Shown: piece after piece, positions 39,045 to 48,922 of the stretch
Layout: the number at the start of each line of letters is the position of its first letter
Numbering within the stretch: position 1 is the first letter of the stretch
IMG/VR virus record: IMGVR_UViG_3300009790_000009
Coordinates: 1 to 61,374 of that record
Strand: one strand, 5' to 3'
DNA length: 61,374 bases
Source of the DNA: a virus
Taxonomy: Duplodnaviria > Caudoviricetes
Notes under the pieces: generated by a model
Told to the model about the DNA's origin: nothing
Databases searched by the model: none
Seen by the model: only the letters and a program-made list of their open reading frames with translations
Translations under genes and position numbers: made by a program

Positions 39045-40697
39045 ATGGCAGAACTTTTTGGTTTCGAGATCAAAAGGAAATCCGAAAGCGACTCAAACGC
39101 TAAGGAAGTTTCATTTGCAGCACCCCAACAAGACGATGGAGCCTTACAGGTTTCAGCTACGGGCGGTGCGTATGGAACGTATGTTGACCTCGAAGGAACA
39201 GCAAAAAACGAAGCCGAACTTGTTACTCGTTATAGAAAGATGGGCATGCAGCCTGAATGTGAGCATGCTATCGATGATATCGTTAATGAAACAATCGTTT
39301 CAGATCCTACAGAAAAAGTAGTAGATATCAATTTAGATAATGTAAAGATCACAGCGAATGTTAAGAAAGCCATCATGGCAGAATTCGAAAACATTACGTC
39401 ACTTCTTAATATTAACAAACTCGGTTATGAAATTTTCAGAAAATGGTATGTAGATGGTAGACTCTACTTTCATGCTATCATAGATGAGAACGCACCAGAA
39501 CATGGTATTAAGGAATTAAGATACGTGGATCCACGGAAGATTAGAAAGGTCCGTGAGGTTAAAAAACAAAGAGATAGAAATAACGTTATACATCAGAAAG
39601 TCACTAAAGAGTTTTATGTATATAACGACAAAGGGTTTCATAGTAAATCATCTATGACACCTGATCCAATAGCTGCTGGTGGCGGCGCAATGGGCTTAAA
39701 GATTGCTAAAGATTCTATCGTCCACGTTACATCTGGATTAACAGATGAAAATAATAAAATGGTAGTTAGCCATTTACATAAAGCAATCAAACCATTAAAC
39801 CAGCTACAAGTATTAGAAGATGCTTCAGTTATCTATAGGATATCTAGAGCACCTGAAAGAAGAATATTCTACATCGATGTAGGTAATTTACCTAAGATGA
39901 AAGCAGAACAGTATCTACGTGATATGATGACTAAACATAAAAATAGATTAGTCTACGATGCAGCATCTGGTGAAATAAGAGACGATAGAAAGTTCATGAC
40001 TATGATGGAAGATTTTTGGTTACCACGAAGAGAAGGTGGTAGAGGTACTGAAATTACTACATTACCGGGCGGACAGAACTTAGGAGAAATGGAAGATATT
40101 GAATACTTTAAAAAGAAATTATTCAGATCTTTAAATGTTCCCGTATCTAGATTAGAACCAGAAGCAGGATTTACCTTAGGTAGAGCTTCAGAAATATCTA
40201 GAGATGAACTTAAATTTAATAAGTTTATAAGAAGATTAAGACTTAGATTCTCTCAGTTGTTTGATAGTTGCTTAGAGAAACAACTAGTATTTAAAGGCAT
40301 TTGTACAATTGATGAATGGCATGAAATGGCACAAAGCATTAAATACGATTATGTTGAAGATAATCACTTCGCAGAATTAAAGAACTCAGAGGTCGTAAGA
40401 GAAAGATTACAAACACTAAATGACATTGAAAACAGTGTCGGTGTTTATTATTCCAAGGATTGGATTAAACGTAATGTTCTTAAACAGAATGAACAAGAAA
40501 TTAAGGACATGCAATCAGAGATGGATGCTGAAAGAGAAGACAGTGATGACTTCGGTCCAGGTGGTGGTTCAAGACCAGATGCACCTTGGAATGCATTAGC
40601 TACCAGACCTGGTTATGTCGCTCAACCGGGCGCGAATCCAGAGCCTGAACAAGAACAACTAAACAGTGAGTTGAAAAAAACCAGCCGTAAAGGTTAG
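39045..40697 (+). CDS. gp20: Portal vertex protein gp20
   Basis: Contains IYRISRAPERRIFYIDVGNLPKMKAEQYL and EDFWLPRREGGRGTEITTLPGG. Confidence 0.97.
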   Translation: MAELFGFEIKRKSESDSNAKEVSFAAPQQDDGALQVSATGGAYGTYVDLEGTAKNEAELVTRYRKMGMQPECEHAIDDIVNETIVSDPTEKVVDINLDNVKITANVKKAIMAEFENITSLLNINKLGYEIFRKWYVDGRLYFHAIIDENAPEHGIKELRYVDPRKIRKVREVKKQRDRNNVIHQKVTKEFYVYNDKGFHSKSSMTPDPIAAGGGAMGLKIAKDSIVHVTSGLTDENNKMVVSHLHKAIKPLNQLQVLEDASVIYRISRAPERRIFYIDVGNLPKMKAEQYLRDMMTKHKNRLVYDAASGEIRDDRKFMTMMEDFWLPRREGGRGTEITTLPGGQNLGEMEDIEYFKKKLFRSLNVPVSRLEPEAGFTLGRASEISRDELKFNKFIRRLRLRFSQLFDSCLEKQLVFKGICTIDEWHEMAQSIKYDYVEDNHFAELKNSEVVRERLQTLNDIENSVGVYYSKDWIKRNVLKQNEQEIKDMQSEMDAEREDSDDFGPGGGSRPDAPWNALATRPGYVAQPGANPEPEQEQLNSELKKTSRKG

Positions 40698-40702
40698 ATA
40701 AA

Positions 40703-40710
40703 TATAAATA
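40703..40710 (+). promoter_or_regulatory. T4-type late promoter TATAAATA
   Basis: Exact consensus upstream of the prohead core genes. Confidence 0.75.
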
Positions 40711-40725
40711 TAATGGAGAGATATA

Positions 40726-41238
40726 ATGCCAGAACCAGAATTTAGTGTTGATGACATGATTCAGAACGCGATCGGGGATAAACCCGTAGGTGTTCAAAAA
40801 GCTTTTGATCAAGTAATGGTTCAAAAGGTTGCCAATTTAATTGGCGGTAAGAAAGAAACTTTTATGAAAGGATTATTTGATCCTGAGATGGTTCCAGAAG
40901 AACCAGTAGAAGCGGAAGAACCTGTTGACGTTGATAATGAAAGCGATGAGTCTTTAGAAGCAGAACCTACAGAAGATGAAATTCAAGCAGCGCTTGACGA
41001 CATCGAACAACAAGGGGAAGCAAATGAAGATGATAATGAAACGGGCGAAGAGCCAGGGGAAGAAATTCCACAAACTGATGAAAGCGGGGAGAATCCAGAA
41101 GGTATGCCGGATGGTGACGCACCCGAAGAAGTCGAAGAACCAGAAGAACAAGAACCTTCAGACGACGTAGAGGTTGAAGAACCAGAAGCAGAAGAAGCTG
41201 AAGAAATAGAAGAACCAGAGGAAAATAACAATGGCTAA
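40726..41238 (+). CDS. Highly acidic prohead core protein (gp67-like by position)
   Basis: Glu/Asp/Pro-rich and located between gp20 and gp21, as T4 gp67 is. Confidence 0.5.
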   Translation: MPEPEFSVDDMIQNAIGDKPVGVQKAFDQVMVQKVANLIGGKKETFMKGLFDPEMVPEEPVEAEEPVDVDNESDESLEAEPTEDEIQAALDDIEQQGEANEDDNETGEEPGEEIPQTDESGENPEGMPDGDAPEEVEEPEEQEPSDDVEVEEPEAEEAEEIEEPEENNNG

Positions 41239-41752
41239 AATGTTAAAAGATATCTTAGGAATGTGGCAAGAAGCTGCATTAGATGCTCCTCACCATGGTC
41301 GCGAAGAAGCTGAAGGTGAAGTACAATTCAAAAAAGCACATACAGATAATGTTAATATAAAAGATTATCCTGTCGATGCAAAAAACCAATTCAAAGCTGA
41401 TAAAATTAAAAAGGATAAATCTAAGAAAGCAGGTTTATCTCATGAGGAAGAAATCACAGCATACGAACATGTTAATGCTGAAATAGAAAAGATCCTTATG
41501 GAAGAGAATGAAGTTGTTGAAGGGGTTATGGAACAACTTAAAGCAATCGCCGAATCAGGTGAAGATGCTGAAATAACATTAAACGATGATACTACAATCG
41601 AAGTAGACTCACAAACAGCAAGCGCTGTTATTGATGTTATGGAATTTTTAAACGATAATAACAAACAACAATTTGAAGATAAGATCGAAGCAAACCAAGA
41701 AGACTTTCTTAAGATGGTAGACTTCGCAATTCAAATGAGAGGTGGCGAATGA
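41231..41752 (+). CDS. Prohead core protein (gp68-like by position)
   Basis: Acidic helical protein between gp20 and gp21. Confidence 0.45.
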   Translation: MAKMLKDILGMWQEAALDAPHHGREEAEGEVQFKKAHTDNVNIKDYPVDAKNQFKADKIKKDKSKKAGLSHEEEITAYEHVNAEIEKILMEENEVVEGVMEQLKAIAESGEDAEITLNDDTTIEVDSQTASAVIDVMEFLNDNNKQQFEDKIEANQEDFLKMVDFAIQMRGGE

Positions 41753-42000
41753 AGATCATTATTCTAAAGGGTAATGAAGTCGCAGCCGGCGCTGATTTAG
41801 CTAACGCTAGTACAATCAGTAATGCAAAAGTAGTTAAACATTATCATACTGCAGCAGCAACTATTACATTAGTTGATAGTGCTAATACTGCAATTGGTAA
41901 TACTACTGTCGCAGCAGGCGTTTCTTACTTTGAGAAAGCCACCGACGATAAGATTTACGCAACAGCAGGAAAATTTACTCCTGTAGGGTACGGACAGTAA
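41749..42000 (+). CDS. Small hypothetical head-associated protein
   Basis: ATGA-coupled beta-rich ORF immediately before gp21. Confidence 0.55.
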   Translation: MKIIILKGNEVAAGADLANASTISNAKVVKHYHTAAATITLVDSANTAIGNTTVAAGVSYFEKATDDKIYATAGKFTPVGYGQ

Positions 42001-42001
42001 T

Positions 42002-42670
42002 ATGAAACTAATAGCCGAAGTATTAGACGGTAGCGTAGAATACGTTACTGAAGAAAATAAAAAGACTGGTGAAAAAGATTTTTTCATCGAAGGTGTTTTT
42101 ATACAGACCGAACAGAAAAACCGTAACAATAGGATTTATCCTAAACATGTTATGGAAAAAGAAATTGATAGATATAATAAAGAACATATCAATAAGAATC
42201 GGGCTTACGGCGAATTAGGACATCCACAAGGTCCGACAATTAACTTAGAAAGAGTTTCCCATATGATACAGTCTTTGAAAGAAGAAGGCAACAATTATAT
42301 TGGAAGAGCTAAAGTTATGGATACCCCATACGGTTCTATTGTAAAGAACCTTATGAAAGAAGGTGCACAGTTAGGTGTGTCTTCAAGAGGGATGGGATCC
42401 CTCAAAGCGAATAAGAACATCATGGAAGTCCAAGATGACTTCATGTTGGCAACCGCAGCTGATATTGTTGCGGATCCGTCAGCTCCTGACGCTTTCGTCA
42501 AGGGTGTAATGGAAGGGTGTGAATGGATCTATGATTCTGAAAACGGTAGTTGGTCTAAACAAACTATAGAAATAGTTGAAGATATACTAGATACTGGTAA
42601 GAAGAGTAGTAGGGAATTAATGGAAAGGAAGATTGAATTGTTCGACCGTTTCCTTAAATCCTTAAAGTAA
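42002..42670 (+). CDS. gp21: Prohead protease gp21
   Basis: Contains NRNNRIYP, GELGHP, LGVSSRGMGSL and DIVADPSAPDAFV. Confidence 0.96.
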   Translation: MKLIAEVLDGSVEYVTEENKKTGEKDFFIEGVFIQTEQKNRNNRIYPKHVMEKEIDRYNKEHINKNRAYGELGHPQGPTINLERVSHMIQSLKEEGNNYIGRAKVMDTPYGSIVKNLMKEGAQLGVSSRGMGSLKANKNIMEVQDDFMLATAADIVADPSAPDAFVKGVMEGCEWIYDSENGSWSKQTIEIVEDILDTGKKSSRELMERKIELFDRFLKSLK

Positions 42671-42683
42671 ATAGTTCTGTTCT

Positions 42684-42691
42684 TATAAATA
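42684..42691 (+). promoter_or_regulatory. T4-type late promoter TATAAATA
   Basis: Exact consensus upstream of gp22-gp23. Confidence 0.8.
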
Positions 42692-42731
42692 ATACAAAAT
42701 ACAATTTAAAGATATAACAGAGGAGTCTCAA

Positions 42732-43754
42732 ATGTCTGAAAAAGAATTGGAAGTGAACCAAGAAGACGTACAACTTGACGAGTTCAAGGCGACTGGTGAT
42801 GCTTCTATGGTCGCTGATCCGATTGCTACTAAGAGCAATAAGAGACCTGCTGATAAAGAACAAGGTGATAAAGCCGTTCCTACGCTCAGCAGAGCTGGTC
42901 AGATTTCAGCTATCGTACAAAAGCTTAACAGCTTTAGCGGTGGTGAAGTCGGCGACGCATATAACGTCATCTTCGGCAAGTCTGCTCCAGATAATTCAGC
43001 TAAGAATAAAATGTCTATCACACCGAAAGGTATGAAAGAAGACATTGATGAAATATTCGGTGGTGAAGAATTTGATGCGGATCTTAAAGAGAGAGCTGAA
43101 ACAATTTACACAGCAGCAGTTAACGCTAAAGCAGGTGTAGAAATTTCAAGACTCGAAGAAGAGTACGCCGAAAAGCTTGAAGAAGCTAAAAATACTTTCG
43201 TCGAAGAATCTGGAAAGAAAATCGATGAATACGTTACTTATGCTGCTGAAGAGTGGGCTAAGGAAAATGAAGTCGCAATCGAGTCTTCATTTAAAGTAGA
43301 AGTTGCTGAGAACTTCATGAATGGTATTAAATCATTGTTTGAAGAAAACTATATCGACCTACCGGAAGAGAAAGTTGACTTAGCTGCTGAAGCTATCGAA
43401 AAAACAGAACAACTTGAATCCGATCTTAACGAATCCGTAAAGGAAAAGATCGAGCTTCAAAAAGAAATTGACGATCTGAAAGTTAGTGCAATCGTTGCCG
43501 AGTCCGGCGAAGGTTTAACATTGACTGAAAGAGAAAAATTATCTTCACTAGCTGAAGGTATTGAATATGATGATCTTGAGGATTTTAGCAAGAAGCTAGA
43601 TGTAATCAAGGAAAACTACTTTGCTTCAAAAAGCGAATCACCTGATGTATTTCAGGAAAATGACGAGCCGCTAGAAGAGGCAGAAGAGAAGGCTGCAATC
43701 GATCCGTCGATGGAAAGATATGCTAGTGCGATAACTCGTACAATTAAAAAATAA
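42732..43754 (+). CDS. gp22: Prohead scaffold protein gp22
   Basis: Acidic coiled coil with W.KEN..AIE, LFEENYID.PEEK and IKENYF; directly precedes gp23. Confidence 0.92.
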   Translation: MSEKELEVNQEDVQLDEFKATGDASMVADPIATKSNKRPADKEQGDKAVPTLSRAGQISAIVQKLNSFSGGEVGDAYNVIFGKSAPDNSAKNKMSITPKGMKEDIDEIFGGEEFDADLKERAETIYTAAVNAKAGVEISRLEEEYAEKLEEAKNTFVEESGKKIDEYVTYAAEEWAKENEVAIESSFKVEVAENFMNGIKSLFEENYIDLPEEKVDLAAEAIEKTEQLESDLNESVKEKIELQKEIDDLKVSAIVAESGEGLTLTEREKLSSLAEGIEYDDLEDFSKKLDVIKENYFASKSESPDVFQENDEPLEEAEEKAAIDPSMERYASAITRTIKK

Positions 43755-43782
43755 TTGATAAGGAATATTTAGGAGAGCTATA

Positions 43783-45108
43783 ATGAACCTTAATTCACAA
43801 TTAGTTGAGAAGTGGCAGCCAATACTAGAGCACGAAGATTTACCATCTATTGGTGATTCACATAAACGTGCCGTGACTGCTCAACTTCTAGAAAATACTG
43901 AGATTAGTCTCAGAGAAGGGTCTACTTTCTCTAGTCAATCACTATTAAGCGAGGCGACTCATACGCCTACTAACGCTACTGGTAATGACGTAGATAATTA
44001 TGATCCTGTACTAATCAGCTTAGTACGAAGAGCGATGCCTAATCTAGTTGCTTATGACATGTGTGGTGTTCAACCTATGTCAGGCCCAACTGGCTTAATT
44101 TTCGCTATGAGAAGCAAGTACTCAAACCAAAGTAACTCAGCTACTGAAGCATTTTATAATGAAGCTAATACTTCATTCTCTTCAGTTGTTGCAAATGCTA
44201 ACACACTTGGTGACAAGCACGTCGGAAGCGTTCCTGTATCAGCAAACAATGCTGAAGCTGGATCATATAACTTCGGAGACGGAATGCCTACTAACCAAGC
44301 TGAAGCATTAGGTCATGCATCTAACGTTGCATTCCCTGAAATGGCTTTTTCAATCGAGAAAGTCTCTGTAACTGCTGGTTCAAGAGCTTTAAAAGCCGAG
44401 TACACAATGGAATTAGCACAAGACCTTAAAGCAATTCATGGTCTAGATGCTGAAACTGAGCTTGCAAATATCTTATCTACTGAGATCCTAGCGGAAATCA
44501 ACAGAGAGATAATTAGAACTATTAACGTAGTTGCTAAGCAAGGTGCTCAAGATGATACCACAACTGCTGGTACTTTTGACTTAGACGTTGATTCAAATGG
44601 AAGATGGTCCGTTGAGAAATTCAAAGGATTAATGTTCCAGATTGAAAGAGATGCTAACCAGATCGCAAAAGACACAAGAAGAGGAAAGGGTAACGTATTA
44701 ATCACATCTAGTGATGTTGCTTCTGCTCTTCAAATGGCTGGCGTGTTGGATTATGCACCTGCACTTAACTCTAATAACCTACAAGTTGATGACACAGGTA
44801 ATACTTTTGCTGGTGTTCTTAACGGTAGATATAGAGTTTACATTGACCCATACACTACTGGAAACTACTATACTTTAGGGTATAAAGGTTCTAGTGCGTT
44901 TGATGCTGGTTTATTCTATTGCCCATACGTACCTCTACAAATGGTTAGAGCCGTTGGCGAGAATACTTTCCAACCAAAAATCGGATTTAAAACACGTTAC
45001 GGCGTTGTTGCAAACCCATTTGCGGAAGGTGCTACAGCTGGTCTTGGTGCATTAACTAAAGATTCTAATGTATATTACAGAAGAGTTCTAGTTAACAACA
45101 TCATGTAA
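43783..45108 (+). CDS. gp23: Major capsid protein gp23
   Basis: Contains DPVLISLVRRAMPNL, GVQPMSGPTGLIFAMR, ELAQDLKAIHGLDAE and FQPKIGFKTRYG. Confidence 0.98.
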   Translation: MNLNSQLVEKWQPILEHEDLPSIGDSHKRAVTAQLLENTEISLREGSTFSSQSLLSEATHTPTNATGNDVDNYDPVLISLVRRAMPNLVAYDMCGVQPMSGPTGLIFAMRSKYSNQSNSATEAFYNEANTSFSSVVANANTLGDKHVGSVPVSANNAEAGSYNFGDGMPTNQAEALGHASNVAFPEMAFSIEKVSVTAGSRALKAEYTMELAQDLKAIHGLDAETELANILSTEILAEINREIIRTINVVAKQGAQDDTTTAGTFDLDVDSNGRWSVEKFKGLMFQIERDANQIAKDTRRGKGNVLITSSDVASALQMAGVLDYAPALNSNNLQVDDTGNTFAGVLNGRYRVYIDPYTTGNYYTLGYKGSSAFDAGLFYCPYVPLQMVRAVGENTFQPKIGFKTRYGVVANPFAEGATAGLGALTKDSNVYYRRVLVNNIM

Positions 45109-45126
45109 GCCAAACCTTTTAGGTTT

Positions 45127-45155
45127 AAAAAGAGCTCTTCGGAGCTCTTTTTTTT
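45127..45155 (+). terminator. Intrinsic terminator after gp23
   Basis: aaaaagagctc-ttcg-gagctcttttttttt is a perfect stem with a UUCG loop and U tract. Confidence 0.9.
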
Positions 45156-45159
45156 GCCT

Positions 45160-45167
45160 TATAAATA
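45160..45167 (+). promoter_or_regulatory. T4-type late promoter TATAAATA
   Basis: Exact consensus immediately after the gp23 terminator. Confidence 0.75.
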
Positions 45168-45219
45168 TTATTAGGTAAGACATGAGGTCGAACCATACAC
45201 ACACATACAGGAGAATACT

Positions 45220-45444
45220 ATGGCAACTACAGCCGGAAAATCTGGGTACGAAATACGTGCCGATCTATTAAACCAAGCACAAGGACTTGTTGAAGGAAAC
45301 ATTCAACGTGAGTTCGATGCGGTTTATATGCATAACGATAACTTTCCTAACGACAAAAAACCTCTACCAAGTAGAGACATTGTTGTTACAGATGTTATTG
45401 CAATTGCAAAAGAGCTAAATGAATTTGTTACCTCACAGGTATAA
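45220..45444 (+). CDS. Small hypothetical protein in its own late transcription unit
   Basis: AGGAG RBS and SGYEIRADLL motif; flanked by a promoter and a terminator. Confidence 0.7.
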   Translation: MATTAGKSGYEIRADLLNQAQGLVEGNIQREFDAVYMHNDNFPNDKKPLPSRDIVVTDVIAIAKELNEFVTSQV

Positions 45445-45456
45445 TCATAAGATCAG

Positions 45457-45480
45457 AAAGGGAGAGAAATCTCCCTTTTT
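45457..45480 (+). terminator. Intrinsic terminator
   Basis: aaagggaga-gaaa-tctcccttttt forms a stem with a GNRA loop and U tract. Confidence 0.8.
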
Positions 45481-45483
45481 ATG

Positions 45484-45512
45484 TTGACATCTATATAACG
45501 TTTTATTATAAT
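45484..45512 (+). promoter_or_regulatory. Sigma70-type promoter TTGACA-17-TATAAT
   Basis: Perfect consensus -35 (45484-45489) and -10 (45507-45512) with a 17-nt spacer; a late TATAAATA follows at 45537-45544. Confidence 0.8.
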
Positions 45513-45549
45513 AATCTATGTAGATGCGGGAAGTAATATAAATAATAAT

Positions 45550-46092
45550 ATGGCAGCAATAACTCAACAACCTAAAAACGTTAATTTCTTATCCCCTTTA
45601 AAGTTTAGCTTTACTGTTAAGAAATTACCTAACGTTAACTTCTTTGTACAACAATGTACTCTACCTAATATTGCTATTGGTAGATTTGATGTTCCTACTC
45701 CCTTTATTAAATTACCGGAGCCTGGAGATCATTTAGAATTTGGAGAACTTCAATTAACATTCCGTTTAGATGAAGATATGAAAAACTATCTTGAACTCTA
45801 TAATTGGATGATGGCTTTAGGTTTCCCAGAGAAATTCGAACAATATAAAACTCTAGCAGATAAGGATCAAAGGAGAACTGGGTTTAATGCTTCTGGTGAT
45901 GATAGTTTAATGAGTGATGCCACTCTTATGATATCTAATAGTAATGTTAATTCTAATATAAAGGTCAACTTCCTTAACTTATGGCCTACAACAATTCAAG
46001 ACCTCATATTTGACTTCAGACAATCAGACGTAGAATATATGGAATGTTTAGTTACATTTGCATATGAACGTTTCGATATAATAGACGTATAA
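45550..46092 (+). CDS. gp3: Tail completion / tube terminator gp3
   Basis: Contains NFLSP..F.F....LP.V.FF.Q...LP, PGD.LEF..L...F.LDEDM.NY.EL.NW and SDATL; located between gp23 and uvsY. Confidence 0.85.
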   Translation: MAAITQQPKNVNFLSPLKFSFTVKKLPNVNFFVQQCTLPNIAIGRFDVPTPFIKLPEPGDHLEFGELQLTFRLDEDMKNYLELYNWMMALGFPEKFEQYKTLADKDQRRTGFNASGDDSLMSDATLMISNSNVNSNIKVNFLNLWPTTIQDLIFDFRQSDVEYMECLVTFAYERFDIIDV

Positions 46093-46100
46093 AAAATACG

Positions 46101-46129
46101 TTGCATTCCACATAAAAATACCGTATAAT
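46101..46129 (+). promoter_or_regulatory. Sigma70-type promoter TTGCAT-17-TATAAT
   Basis: The -10 box ends 7 nt before the ATG at 46137. Confidence 0.65.
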
Positions 46130-46136
46130 ATAGTAT

Positions 46137-46619
46137 ATGATTAATAAGGATAAGATAGTTATCCGGGATAATGTATTAGATCCTGATCAATGTTCGCACT
46201 TAATAGAAATTTTTGAGCGCGAAGATGTTGTGCTTAAAACTAATAGTAAAGTATTATCTATACAGAAGCACCCATATTTAGATATAATAACGGGTCATAG
46301 TAATACTAATTTTAAGACGGCAGAGTATTGGGCCCAGATAGTAAAGAGATCCAAAGGTCAATATCAGAAGTTACATACTGATGAAGCTAGTGAAACAACT
46401 TTATTAACTAGTGTTACATTCCTCAATCAAAATTTTGAGGGCGGCGAATTAGTCTTTAATGATTTATTTGTTAAACCAAAGGCTGGTCGTCAAGTAATGT
46501 TTGATGGTCAATATTATCCACATGCGGTTATGGAAATAATCAATGGTGATAGATACACTGTTAATTGTTGGTATGATACTCATAAACCAAAACAGAATTT
46601 TACTTTAAGAACAAAATGA
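46137..46619 (+). CDS. 2OG-Fe(II) oxygenase (prolyl-hydroxylase-like)
   Basis: Contains LHTD, FLNQNFEGGEL.F, PHAV..I..GDRY and the terminal W. Confidence 0.85.
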   Translation: MINKDKIVIRDNVLDPDQCSHLIEIFEREDVVLKTNSKVLSIQKHPYLDIITGHSNTNFKTAEYWAQIVKRSKGQYQKLHTDEASETTLLTSVTFLNQNFEGGELVFNDLFVKPKAGRQVMFDGQYYPHAVMEIINGDRYTVNCWYDTHKPKQNFTLRTK

Positions 46620-47050
46620 ATTTAGAAGAGATACTAGACACATGGGCAAGTGATTGCAATATAGATAGAACAGAGCTCGGTGAGGAATCATTAAAAATAC
46701 CACAATTACACTCAAAGTATTTTAAGATCTTCTCTACCGAGCGCCTTGCTATGCGTAAGATTGAAGAGAGTATGAAAGAACTTAGAAAGTTGAAATATCA
46801 ATATTATGATGGTACACTAGATAAGTATGAATTAGATGAACATGGATGGGAACCAAACCCACTTAAAATTTTGCGCGGCGATTTAAAAGACTATGTCGAT
46901 GCAGATAAAGATGTAATAGATTATAACCTTAAGTTAGCTTACGCTAAAGAAAAGGTAGATCTCTTAGAGAATATAATAAGGTCTTTAAACACCCGAGGGT
47001 ATAATATTAAAAGTGCTATTGATTGGGAAAAGTTTAAAGTTGGAATTTAA
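46616..47050 (+). CDS. uvsY: Recombination mediator UvsY
   Basis: Contains W..D..ID, ESLKIPQLHSKY and R.YNIKSAIDW.KF; directly precedes uvsW. Confidence 0.9.
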   Translation: MNLEEILDTWASDCNIDRTELGEESLKIPQLHSKYFKIFSTERLAMRKIEESMKELRKLKYQYYDGTLDKYELDEHGWEPNPLKILRGDLKDYVDADKDVIDYNLKLAYAKEKVDLLENIIRSLNTRGYNIKSAIDWEKFKVGI

Positions 47051-48537
47051 TGTCAGACAACATAGCGATAGAGAAGTATGATGACGTGCACGTGCGTTGT
47101 TATTGCGAACCTGGTATAGGATACGAACTACAAGAATACTTTACATTTGAAGTTCCTGGAGCAAGGTTCATGCCACAGGTCAGGAATAAATTCTGGGATG
47201 GTAAAATAAGATTATTTAATCCTGCAACGGGATTAATATATGCGGGTCTAGTTCCTTATATAAGAGAGTTTGCAAAGAACTATGAATACACTGTAGAGCT
47301 AGATGATGATCTATCTGATGAATCATTTTCATTAAAAGAAGCCAAATCATATGCTACTAAACTATTAGAAGGGACAGGATTCACACCTAGAGATTATCAA
47401 TTAAAAGCTTTTGCACATGCAATGAGAACAAGGAGAGCTTTATTATTATCTCCCACAGCGAGTGGTAAGTCTCTTATAATTTATATGATAGCCCATATGA
47501 TGAAAGAGATGGGCAATAAAATATTAGTAATAGTTCCAACAACATCATTAGTATATCAAATGCAAACAGACTTTAAGGACTATGGATTCGGAGAACAAAC
47601 AAGAGTTATAGATGGAACCCAAGACAAGTCGTGGCGTAGCTCTATAGATGAATCAATAGTAATATCAACATGGCAATCTATATATAAGATGCCCAAGCCG
47701 TGGTTCAACCAATTCAAATGCGTTATTGGTGATGAAGCACATAATTTTAAATCTAAATCCTTAACTACTATAATGACTAAGTTAATAGACTGTCCTTATA
47801 GATTTGGTTTTACAGGAACATTAGATGAGACACAGACACACAAATTAGTATTAGAAGGGTTGTTTGGATCCGTTAAAAAGGTTACAAGCACATCTGAACT
47901 AATAGAAAAGGGAACCCTTGCGGAGCTTGGAGTTAAATGTATTGTATTAAAACATCCTGCAGAGTCTGCTGCTTTATTAAAGAAAGCAACATACCAAGAT
48001 GAACTACAACACATTGTAGGATCCAAAGCAAGGAATAGTTTTATTAATAATTTAGTTTTATCACTAGACGGCAACACATTAGTTTTGTATCAATTGGTTG
48101 AAAAGCATGGCAAAGTGTTGTATAATAATATATTAGAACAGCAACAAAAAGAGGTTGTTGATCGAAATGTGTTTTTTGTTAGTGGCGAAGTTGATGCAAA
48201 AACCAGAGAAGAAATAAGAGGATTGGTAGAGAATGATACTGATGCAATTATAGTAGCTTCCTATGGTACGTTCGCAACAGGCATAAATATTAAAAACCTA
48301 GACAATGTGGTATTTGCCTCCCCGAGTAAGTCCAAGATTAGAGTTTTACAATCTATAGGTAGAGGTCTAAGAAGGTCAGAAAGGAAATCAAAGGCTACCT
48401 TATTTGATATAGCAGATGATCTGCAACACAAAGCGCATAAGAATTTTACTCTTAAACACTTTGCAGAGCGTGTGAAATATTATAATGATGAAAAATTTGA
48501 TTACAAAATATACCAGGTTAAACTAAATGGAATTTAA
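47050..48537 (+). CDS. uvsW: SF2 DNA helicase UvsW
   Basis: Contains WDGKIRLF, SPTASGKS, GDEAH, GFTGTL and LQSIGRGLR. Confidence 0.96.
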   Translation: MSDNIAIEKYDDVHVRCYCEPGIGYELQEYFTFEVPGARFMPQVRNKFWDGKIRLFNPATGLIYAGLVPYIREFAKNYEYTVELDDDLSDESFSLKEAKSYATKLLEGTGFTPRDYQLKAFAHAMRTRRALLLSPTASGKSLIIYMIAHMMKEMGNKILVIVPTTSLVYQMQTDFKDYGFGEQTRVIDGTQDKSWRSSIDESIVISTWQSIYKMPKPWFNQFKCVIGDEAHNFKSKSLTTIMTKLIDCPYRFGFTGTLDETQTHKLVLEGLFGSVKKVTSTSELIEKGTLAELGVKCIVLKHPAESAALLKKATYQDELQHIVGSKARNSFINNLVLSLDGNTLVLYQLVEKHGKVLYNNILEQQQKEVVDRNVFFVSGEVDAKTREEIRGLVENDTDAIIVASYGTFATGINIKNLDNVVFASPSKSKIRVLQSIGRGLRRSERKSKATLFDIADDLQHKAHKNFTLKHFAERVKYYNDEKFDYKIYQVKLNGI

Positions 48538-48922
48538 ATATTTTAAACTAACAGATAAAACAATAATTCTAGGTGAAGTGTCTGGAGAAGATGATAACAC
48601 TGTCCAGCTTCACAATGCCGTTGAATTGGGAGTAGATAATACCTCTCTCGAATTATATGTAGAACAAAGATATTATTTTAAAGGTATGTACTGTCCTTTT
48701 GTAAAAGGAAATCCAATAATCTCAAACATTAGTAAAGACAAGATTGTAAGCATTCATTCTGATATGGAAAATGATTTAAGAGAACAGTATAACAAATTTT
48801 GTAAGGAGTGGTTCAAGCAGAGAGTGTTTAGAAAACCAACAGAGGAAGCAGCTAGAGAAAATTTAGAAGAGCTTACTGCGTGGTTAGAAAGAACAGCTAT
48901 CTCCAATAACCAAATACACTAA
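48527..48922 (+). CDS. Hypothetical protein (possibly Sm-like) between uvsW and gp55
   Basis: FKL....I.GE N-terminus and conserved position in marine T4-like phages. Confidence 0.55.
   Translation: MEFKYFKLTDKTIILGEVSGEDDNTVQLHNAVELGVDNTSLELYVEQRYYFKGMYCPFVKGNPIISNISKDKIVSIHSDMENDLREQYNKFCKEWFKQRVFRKPTEEAARENLEELTAWLERTAISNNQIH

Noticed and set aside
39028-43035. Overlapping + strand ORFs 39028-39321, 40976-41170 and 42775-43035
   Set aside because: They are out-of-frame overlaps with gp20, the acidic core protein and gp22 and have no independent support.
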